IMG/VR virus record: IMGVR_UViG_3300035698_002205
Span: 1 to 11,460 of that record
Direction: 5' to 3' (one strand)
DNA: 11,460 nucleotides
Source of the DNA: a virus
The notes under the pieces were generated by a model. The model was not told where the DNA came from and searched no databases. It saw only the letters and a list, made by a program, of their open reading frames with translations. A program made the position numbers and the translations under genes. Positions within the stretch are counted from its first letter, which is position 1. Each line of letters begins with the position of its first letter. This document shows, piece after piece, positions 5,599-11,460 of this stretch.

Positions 5599-5607
5599 GT
5601 TGTTACC

Positions 5608-6588
5608 TCAAGCGGTGTACTGAACATAAAGAGTGCCGACAGGGAACCCACTAGCAGCGGGCGGGGTGGCGTCCGTGTTATAGAGAACCATCGGCACGTA
5701 AGCAGTATCAGCACTCGCATTATCACCAGTCAAAGTGAGCCCAACACCCACATCAGCCGCACTATTCAACAAATAATCTGAGTGGGCCTGAGTATTATCC
5801 TGCGAATGAGTATAAGCAGTATTCGACTGCGTACTCGTACCACCACTCCACGTTAGTACTCCGGTGGTCGTGTCATTAGCGTTATTCACCAAGTAGTCAC
5901 TATGAGCTTGTGAATTATCGCCAACGTGTGTAGTAGCAGCGACAATCTCATTCCACTTATCAGCACCGAGCAAGCCGGCGTTAGTTGTATCAGCCTCAAT
6001 GAGTGTGCAGTCGGTGCCATCACTACAAGCAACAATCTGAGTCGTCGCTGTGCCAGCGCCCAAGCTCAAATTAGTCGTAACATTCGTAGCCTTCGCCGTG
6101 TTCAAACCGACAGCCGTCGAAGCAGCAGCACTGTAAGAAATCTTTGCATTGTTAGCGGTGATCTGCGCAGCAGTCACCGCACTCGTCTTAACACCTTTTG
6201 CCCCGCCGTCACCCTGAACAAGGGTCTCGTCGGTGAGGTTAGCTGCAGCAGTAACATCACCACCACCAGCGGGAGCTTGCCAAGAGCAAGTCCCGTCACC
6301 ATCCTCGCGCAAGAAAAGAGCCGCACCACCCTCACCAGTACTGAGAACATCCACGCCCTCAACGGAAGCGGCCGCGCTTCCAGCATTCCCACCGGATAAG
6401 ACGCCGTCAGCGTCGTTCTTCACGAAGCCGGCACCGGTACCATCAGATAAGGTGATCTCTTTCGCACCCAACACCTTAGTCTTGATGTGCGGGTCGATGT
6501 TCTCGCGCGGATTATCAAATCCGGCGTAGCCCTGCCCGGTTTTCTTGGGAGGGGGTTTCCCGTTGAATACTTTAGAAGATAATCTCAT
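5608..6588 (-). CDS. Fibre/spike-like structural protein, about 326 aa
   Basis: The composition is Gly/Ala/Thr/Asn-rich, with a duplicated motif N(S/T)QAHSDYL(V/L)N(N/S)A and a C-terminus ...PPAASGFPVGTLYVQYTA typical of phage fibres. I trimmed the start to the ATG at 6588, 12 nt after GGAGG. The GTG at 6600 abuts the SD. Confidence 0.7.
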   Translation of the reverse strand: MRLSSKVFNGKPPPKKTGQGYAGFDNPRENIDPHIKTKVLGAKEITLSDGTGAGFVKNDADGVLSGGNAGSAAASVEGVDVLSTGEGGAALFLREDGDGTCSWQAPAGGGDVTAAANLTDETLVQGDGGAKGVKTSAVTAAQITANNAKISYSAAASTAVGLNTAKATNVTTNLSLGAGTATTQIVACSDGTDCTLIEADTTNAGLLGADKWNEIVAATTHVGDNSQAHSDYLVNNANDTTTGVLTWSGGTSTQSNTAYTHSQDNTQAHSDYLLNSAADVGVGLTLTGDNASADTAYVPMVLYNTDATPPAASGFPVGTLYVQYTA

Positions 6589-6616
6589 AGTCTGTTTCAC
6601 CCTCCACCAGTGATTT

Positions 6617-6814
6617 TTATTCGATGATGCCTTTCGCTTTCAAGTCCTCAATCAACGTGCAGAGCACATCACTCGTGACTAGTGTATCTCCGACGTTAGC
6701 GTTCAACGCCCGCGTCGTCGACACGTTAGTGGTCGTGTAAGCCCCCGTCGCCGGAAGCGTAGAGTTCATCCGAAGCTCCTTCACTTCGAGAGCTATGATC
6801 ACGTCGCGACCCAT
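6617..6814 (-). CDS. Hypothetical 65-aa protein (MGRDVIIALEVKELRMNSTLPATGAYTTTNV...)
   Basis: Track ORF 6617..6841, trimmed to the ATG at 6814. That ATG lies just downstream of the stop of the upstream mini-ORF. Confidence 0.6.
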   Translation of the reverse strand: MGRDVIIALEVKELRMNSTLPATGAYTTTNVSTTRALNANVGDTLVTSDVLCTLIEDLKAKGIIE

Positions 6815-6815
6815 C

Positions 6816-6971
6816 TTACTTCCGCCCCTTCTTCTTCTCAACCACAGGTTCTATCTGAGGCGTAGGGGTTGGGGCTGCGCCGAACTCGGCCACGAGCGAA
6901 CCATCATCCTTATTCAATCGCCCTTCAGCGACGAGCTTCTTATACATCTTTAATCGGTTCTTTTGTGACAT
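6816..6971 (-). CDS. Hypothetical 51-aa basic protein (MSQKNRLKMYKKLVAEGRLNKDDGSLVAEFGAAPTPTPQIEPVVEKKKGRK)
   Basis: Translated by hand because it is below the track cutoff. It fills an otherwise empty gap exactly and is on the same strand as all other genes. Confidence 0.5.
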   Translation of the reverse strand: MSQKNRLKMYKKLVAEGRLNKDDGSLVAEFGAAPTPTPQIEPVVEKKKGRK

Positions 6972-6976
6972 TATTA

Positions 6977-7123
6977 TCAGCTCCCTTGTAAGAATATCGC
7001 GACACCCTGACCGCCCCCATTGGGTACCATAATCAAAGTTGAAGCCGCGTTAGTGCCAAGCGCCGTGATGATACTAGCAGTGTCAGTCGCGCTCCCATTA
7101 TACAAAAGCGTTGCTGCAGCCAT
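6977..7123 (-). CDS. Hypothetical 48-aa protein (MAAATLLYNGSATDTASIITALGTNAASTLIMVPNGGGQGVAIFLQGS)
   Basis: Translated by hand. Its ATG shares one base with the capsid gene stop (TAATG). Confidence 0.5.
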   Translation of the reverse strand: MAAATLLYNGSATDTASIITALGTNAASTLIMVPNGGGQGVAIFLQGS

Positions 7124-7980
7124 TAGACACCCGTGATTTTACAGATGGCGTCAGGGTTCACAACCTGCGTCTGACCCACTTCCCAAGCCCGGATAGTGTT
7201 CTTGATGCCGGGGTCGTCGATAGTCTTGACGGTCAAGGCAACAACGCTTTTCCAAGTCAAGGCTTCCTTACCAATCACGACCTGCGCGCCACCCTCAGCA
7301 ACGCTGTTACTCACCAGCACAGTCAAGCCGAGCAGCTGGCCGAGGACACCGTTCCGCGTCGCGCCATCAGTATAAAACTGGCCAGCGTTCCGCACATTAG
7401 GATTACCCAACATTTCACTTTCTTGGTCTGGGTGAACCAGTAAGAAGCTGTTGTTGATCATCGTATAATCGTCTTTCTTGATTTCCGCCTTCGCGTCCAA
7501 GATGTCCTGAATAGGGTCCCGGTCAGCGATAATAGCGTTATCCCACGTTGCATTAGCTGCGACCGTGTTACCAGCCTCAGCGATAATCTGGGTTGCAATC
7601 TCATCATCAACACTCTTAGTTACCGCGCGCGCAATACGCAAGAGGGTGCGGGCGATCATCGGCACGTTGTTAGTGTGAATATCTTCCCACGAGAGGACGC
7701 CTTCCATAGCGTACTTTTCATTGCGCCCACTTACTTTCGTCCAGGTCACTTCTCCGTAAGGGAAGTTCGCTAGGCGTGGAACGCCTTTTACCGTGCCGCT
7801 CGTTGTCGTGTCTTGTCCGACGAGGTCAGCCTTGGTCTCGCGATAGTAAGTTTCCGTCCATGCGTTGCTTGTTTCGATCATGCAGAGTTGTTTCATTACA
7901 TACTGTTGCTGCGCGAAACCCTTCACGATGCGGCTGAAGTTCTCTGCTCGTAAGTCCTGTTCTCCTGTGGAATCTGCCAT
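7123..7980 (-). CDS. Major capsid protein, probably HK97 fold, 285 aa
   Basis: It sits directly after the scaffold and DUF2190-like genes and follows a strong SD (GGTGAGGAAAT). Its size and N-terminal pattern are typical of small-phage major capsid proteins. The call rests mainly on synteny. Confidence 0.75.
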   Translation of the reverse strand: MADSTGEQDLRAENFSRIVKGFAQQQYVMKQLCMIETSNAWTETYYRETKADLVGQDTTTSGTVKGVPRLANFPYGEVTWTKVSGRNEKYAMEGVLSWEDIHTNNVPMIARTLLRIARAVTKSVDDEIATQIIAEAGNTVAANATWDNAIIADRDPIQDILDAKAEIKKDDYTMINNSFLLVHPDQESEMLGNPNVRNAGQFYTDGATRNGVLGQLLGLTVLVSNSVAEGGAQVVIGKEALTWKSVVALTVKTIDDPGIKNTIRAWEVGQTQVVNPDAICKITGV

Positions 7981-7982
7981 TG

Positions 7983-8390
7983 TTATTTCCTCACCTTAAT
8001 CATGCCTGTTGAGCCGACGCCGATAGTTTCTAGAGCGTAGCCAACAGCCCACCCTTTTTCAACGTCGAGCGTGCTTGACAGCTCTACTCGACCATCATGC
8101 GACGTCCCAATACTGACACTGTCTCCGATCTCGCACTGTGTATCTTCACACACAACTTGAAAGATGCCGTTAGTATAAACGGCGATGCTTGTTTGTCCAT
8201 CACCCGCAACCTTCTCCGAGGCTGCGATGCCGACGACGGGCTTATCAACCGCGTCAGGTTCGATAACAGTCCGAGGACTGTTCAACTGCATGATAGTACC
8301 TTTCGGAATAGCCGTGCCATCAGCACAAGTATACCTTACCGGATCACCTTGATTACCTAAGAGTTCAACAATGATTGCTTCGTTAGCCAT
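7983..8390 (-). CDS. DUF2190-like head decoration/cement protein, 135 aa
   Basis: MANEAIIVEL...GTAIPKGTIMQL...VVGIAASEKVAGDGQTSIAVYTNGIFQVVC...IGDSVSIG... resembles the DUF2190 family, which usually sits just upstream of the major capsid protein. I trimmed the start to the ATG at 8390, after GAAGGTGAT. Confidence 0.65.
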   Translation of the reverse strand: MANEAIIVELLGNQGDPVRYTCADGTAIPKGTIMQLNSPRTVIEPDAVDKPVVGIAASEKVAGDGQTSIAVYTNGIFQVVCEDTQCEIGDSVSIGTSHDGRVELSSTLDVEKGWAVGYALETIGVGSTGMIKVRK

Positions 8391-8441
8391 GAGTAAATCA
8401 CCTTCAAGCACTGCTAGGAACTTTTGACTATTTAAACTTTG
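8391..8441 (-). promoter_or_regulatory. Gap with TTTAAATA about 38 nt upstream of the decoration-gene ATG; possible internal promoter for the capsid genes
   Basis: Minus sense reads AACAAAGTTTAAATAGTCAAAAGTTCCTAGCAGTGCTTGAAGGTGATTTACTC then ATG. Confidence 0.3.
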
Positions 8442-8771
8442 TTATTTCGGCGTTGCAGGGTCAAACATGTCCTCAAAACCAGTCCCTGCGAGGTACTTCT
8501 TAGCTTCCATGTTCGCTTTTTCTTCTGGTGTCTGTCCTTGTTTCCCAGCCGCCGCCTCGCCGCCAAGCGTGTTCTCCACTTGATCAGCCATACGCTCATC
8601 GAGCAACGACCGCGCTACAACATTCGCTTTCTCCAACCGGTCAGCCGCGGCGTTAGCCGCTGAGATTGTTTCATCAACCTTCGGGGGGGGAGTTTTCGGT
8701 TGTCCTTTCGGTTCTTCCACGGTGGGTTCTGTCCGGTCAGGTTCCACAGGGGGAGTTTTATCTTTCGCCAT
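8442..8771 (-). CDS. Putative scaffolding protein, 109 aa
   Basis: The N-terminus is Pro/Glu/Lys-rich and the core is predicted helical (AANAAADRLEKANVVARSLLDERMADQVE). It lies upstream of the decoration and capsid genes and follows the SD GGAGAGG. Confidence 0.6.
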   Translation of the reverse strand: MAKDKTPPVEPDRTEPTVEEPKGQPKTPPPKVDETISAANAAADRLEKANVVARSLLDERMADQVENTLGGEAAAGKQGQTPEEKANMEAKKYLAGTGFEDMFDPATPK

Positions 8772-8774
8772 TGT

Positions 8775-8975
8775 TTAGCCTCTCCGTTGTTGTTTACCAT
8801 AGCAATCACGGCAGTACACGGGCCACCCATCGCGTGGCTTGAATGGGACTTCACATGCCTGTTTGCAGGCCGAACAAACCGCTTCAAACAAATCAGGCGG
8901 CGGGCGTTGCGGCTCTGGCTCTTCTCTTAGATGTTGTTGGCTGGCAATCTCTTCATTACATTTCTCGCATCTCAT
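8775..8975 (-). CDS. CxxC-x17-CxxC zinc-ribbon protein, 66 aa
   Basis: CSAC-KQACEVPFKPRDGWPVY-CRDC has exactly 17 residues between the CxxC pairs and carries the CEVPFKP...RPVYC signature of the CxxC-x17-CxxC domain (TIGR04272-type). There is an extra N-terminal CEKC. The SD is GGAGGT. Confidence 0.75.
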   Translation of the reverse strand: MRCEKCNEEIASQQHLREEPEPQRPPPDLFEAVCSACKQACEVPFKPRDGWPVYCRDCYGKQQRRG

Positions 8976-8994
8976 CCTATACCTCCTACTACTC

Positions 8995-10209
8995 TTAGAG
9001 CAACCCGAATTTCAAGTTACTCGGCGCATCATAAGACCGAGACTGGCTCGGCGCTTTATAATTATTCAACGTCCTGTAATACTCGCTCCAATAATCATCA
9101 TCATCTTTAGCGCGCTTCGTCTCAGCAGGCGCCCGCTTAGCCAGTATGTCAGCCCAGTATTTCTCATCAGCGGCTCGCTCCTCAGCCTTCGCCGCCGCCT
9201 GTTGAGCTGCTACGTTAGCATAATACTCTTCGTCAGCAATCCTATTCTGTTCCTTAGCATCCGCTCGCTCTTGAGCCACCCGAGCATACATTTCAGTATC
9301 AGTCTCGCCAGTTTCTTGCTGGACTTTCAACTTCTCAATAATATCATCATTAATCTGAGCGGCTGTCACCGCACCCTTAATCTTCTGAGGAATACCCACG
9401 AGCGGGCTGACCGGACTCCACAAACCAACCTTCGACCACCAACTCATATCCAAGATTTCACTTCGCGCAGCCGTCGCCTCATCGACCAAGCTCCAATCAC
9501 CCGTTTTCTGTGCCTCAGGAATTAATGTAGAGGTTAACAAGATAGACAACGGCTCAGGCGCTTCAGCCTGCCCCCACTTACCCAAGAACACGGCGCCAGC
9601 CCAAGCACCAGCCCAAGCCATAGCCTTGGCAGTGTACTTACTCGTTAAGATGTTCTTCACACCCTGAACAGTCTTAGCACTCACAAGAGCGTTATTCGTA
9701 GTAGCAGGAACCAACTTGCCAACAGTCGTCTTACCCAAATCATCAATGGAAGCAGGCAACACCCTCTTAGCGTATTGTTTCACCAGCGCTTCGAAACCTT
9801 TCTTGCCAGCGCTTGATATAAGAGCGGGTCCCGGCGCAAGACTCTCAAAACGCAACTCCTCACCTGATACTTCACCCCCTCTTCTCTTAACAGCATCCAG
9901 ATACGACTCGCCCGCACGAGTCCTTCGAGTATCACCACCACCTACAAGATTACCAATCGACGTATCTAACAATGGTGATCCAGTCTGAGTAGGAGCCTTG
10001 TTCTGCGTGACTTGAGTAATCGCCGCGTCAGTCAATGGTGACCCACTCGGCGCGGCTTGTCGCACCGGTGACTTTTTCAAGTCGGTTCGACTCCTGCTCT
10101 CAGCACGCGTCAAGTTCTTCCCCGTCGTCGGGCTGAAGCTCTTACGCTGCGCGCCAGGAGCGTCCTTCTTCACCCTGCGATTCTGTGCATCACGATAAAC
10201 AACAGCCAT
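8995..10209 (-). CDS. Orphan 404-aa protein; possible internal virion, ejection or minor head protein
   Basis: The N-terminus is basic and contains a duplicated GSPL(T/L)D motif. There is a hydrophobic segment (AMAWAGAWAGAVFLGKW) and a C-terminal Ala/Glu/Asp-rich helical region with repeated EEYY/EKYW/DYW. It lies between the portal and scaffold genes. Confidence 0.8.
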   Translation of the reverse strand: MAVVYRDAQNRRVKKDAPGAQRKSFSPTTGKNLTRAESRSRTDLKKSPVRQAAPSGSPLTDAAITQVTQNKAPTQTGSPLLDTSIGNLVGGGDTRRTRAGESYLDAVKRRGGEVSGEELRFESLAPGPALISSAGKKGFEALVKQYAKRVLPASIDDLGKTTVGKLVPATTNNALVSAKTVQGVKNILTSKYTAKAMAWAGAWAGAVFLGKWGQAEAPEPLSILLTSTLIPEAQKTGDWSLVDEATAARSEILDMSWWSKVGLWSPVSPLVGIPQKIKGAVTAAQINDDIIEKLKVQQETGETDTEMYARVAQERADAKEQNRIADEEYYANVAAQQAAAKAEERAADEKYWADILAKRAPAETKRAKDDDDYWSEYYRTLNNYKAPSQSRSYDAPSNLKFGLL

Positions 10210-10356
10210 TTATGACCGCCTCTTCAATTCAATAGTCATCTCACGAATAGCGAGCGTGTTCGCTTTAATCGTCGTGCTACTCTGATACCACATCAACAAG
10301 AACGCCACGATAGGGAAACCAACAGTACTGATGGCAGTCAAGAGCTCATCCATCAT
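10210..10356 (-). CDS. YvrJ-like single-pass membrane mini-protein, 48 aa (MMDELLTAISTVGFPIVAFLLMWYQSSTTIKANTLAIREMTIELKRRS)
   Basis: Translated by hand. Its ATG overlaps the portal TGA (ATGA), and its TAA abuts the next ATG. The GFPI-containing TM helix followed by an amphipathic tail resembles my recollection of the YvrJ family. Confidence 0.6.
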   Translation of the reverse strand: MMDELLTAISTVGFPIVAFLLMWYQSSTTIKANTLAIREMTIELKRRS

Positions 10357-11460
10357 GTCTGACCCTCCAACTCTGAGGCTGTGTCATTCGGCTGAGCCGC
10401 GCCTTCAAGCGGCTCCTCTTCTAGTTCCGTCGCTGGAGTATCACTCACCAACTCTTGTTGCAAGCTTGCCGGGAACGTCAGCTGAATCTCAATGTTTAAC
10501 TGGCCGAGAACCTGCTCTTCTATATAGAGCTGTTCTGCTTTCACACTCTGCTCGTAAGCCAAGTAAACAATCTTACCACTAGCATCAGTGAACGCCTTCG
10601 CGTTACCCATGATGATCTGCGGGACATTCACCGCCTGAAAAAAATAATCATTCAACTGAGCAATCCACTGCAAAGGATTCAACGTCGCGTTAGGAGCCAC
10701 ACCCTTCAACTCAACCTCAACCGCCCCCTTAGGAATGTACATGTTCTCCCCAGCGCCAGTCGCCGCATCCTGCTTTGCCTTAAAAGCCGCGACCTCACCC
10801 GGGTCGTCAGTGTCTAAGTGAAAAATCCACTGCGGATAAACGCTCCGATGAAGCACTGTTTTCCAATCATTCATCGCCTCATTACGAGCGAGGATCAACC
10901 ACTGCAGGGAATCGATGATTCTCGTCCCGTGAATCTCATCAGCCACGCGATCATGACTCAAGTGGAAGATCCGCTCCGGCTTAAAACGCTTATTCGGCGT
11001 CTCAGTCTTACTGACTTGTTCGTACCGCTTGATACGACCCTGCGCGTTCTGCACGATCACCATGCTCTCAGGGTCGAGCGGCTTAAGATTGATAAGGTTC
11101 CCTTCCTTATCCCTGATCACCTCAGCAAAACTATCTTTGCTGATGGTCTTTATTTTAATCATGTTCTTAAGAAGAGAATTGAAGCTGTCCTTCCCATTAC
11201 CCTTAATGTTAGCGAGCAGCAACTGAGTAGTCTCGTCAGCCTCGAATCCCGCGCCCACCGTCCAAGTAGCCTTCGCATCAATAGCAATCTTAAACTCCGG
11301 AATCTGCTTATAAAAACCATAATCCTGCGACCAATCAACATTCTGATACGTCGTCTCAGCCTGCGAACCAGCACCATCAGTAGAAACCGGGTCAACCGAG
11401 AAGTCAGTTATCGCATTGGCTAGGTCGCTCGCGACCGCCGACCCGATGTTAGTCTCGGGC
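10353..11460 (-). CDS. Portal protein, about 369 aa in total. Within the window it is truncated by two nt at the 5' end; the ATG is at 129..127 after circularisation.
   Basis: Track ORF 10353..11258 starts at an internal GTG. The frame remains open to the window end. The size, the acidic C-terminus and the position near terL fit a small portal. Confidence 0.8.
   Translation of the reverse strand, partial: PETNIGSAVASDLANAITDFSVDPVSTDGAGSQAETTYQNVDWSQDYGFYKQIPEFKIAIDAKATWTVGAGFEADETTQLLLANIKGNGKDSFNSLLKNMIKIKTISKDSFAEVIRDKEGNLINLKPLDPESMVIVQNAQGRIKRYEQVSKTETPNKRFKPERIFHLSHDRVADEIHGTRIIDSLQWLILARNEAMNDWKTVLHRSVYPQWIFHLDTDDPGEVAAFKAKQDAATGAGENMYIPKGAVEVELKGVAPNATLNPLQWIAQLNDYFFQAVNVPQIIMGNAKAFTDASGKIVYLAYEQSVKAEQLYIEEQVLGQLNIEIQLTFPASLQQELVSDTPATELEEEPLEGAAQPNDTASELEGQT
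11334..11460. repeat. Second copy of the 127-bp terminal repeat
   Basis: Identical to 1..127. Confidence 0.95.

Noticed and set aside
5608-6588. Diversity-generating retroelement target in the fibre gene
   Set aside because: There is no reverse transcriptase and no template repeat. The duplicated QAHSDYL segments are ordinary in-gene repeats.
83-11423. Numerous plus-strand ORFs in the track (for example 2401..2991, 8839..9525, 10818..11423, 5051..5515, 5926..6399)
   Set aside because: All lie antisense to longer minus-strand genes that have recognisable domains and SD sites. Their translations are low-complexity (Ser/Leu/Ile/Arg/Thr-rich), and none has a convincing start context. They are shadow ORFs.

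Overview
The first 127 nt (1..127) are identical to the last 127 nt (11334..11460). The window is therefore one closed, or terminally redundant, 11,333-bp genome rather than a piece of a chromosome. About 24 tightly packed genes all lie on the minus strand, many with overlapping stop/start codons (ATGA, TAATG, TGATG) and GGAGG-type Shine-Dalgarno sites. In transcription order (high to low coordinates, wrapping through the junction) they are:
- two small winged-helix-like regulators;
- a 344-bp GC-rich, heavily self-complementary noncoding element;
- an aberrant tRNA-like gene;
- a tiny coiled-coil protein;
- the large terminase;
- four small genes, including a staphylococcal-nuclease homolog;
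- the portal, which spans the window junction;
- a YvrJ-like mini membrane protein;
- a 404-aa orphan;
- a CxxC-x17-CxxC zinc ribbon;
- scaffold, a DUF2190-like decoration protein and an HK97-type major capsid protein;
- three mini-ORFs;
- a fibre-like protein, an AT-rich small gene and a LamG-lectin protein with C-terminal repeats.

I see no polymerase, primase, Rep, integrase, endolysin or recognisable tail tube, sheath or tape-measure genes. My reading is a complete, extremely small head-tail-type virus or capsid-forming satellite-like element of unknown host. Host signals are mixed between bacterial and archaeal/CPR.

The stretch least explained by ordinary annotation is 3084..3600, which holds the tRNA-like element, a perfect 52-bp tandem duplication, a 20-bp inverted repeat, nested perfect helices and five GCGAAGC motifs. 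All product calls come from reading the translations by eye; no searches were run.
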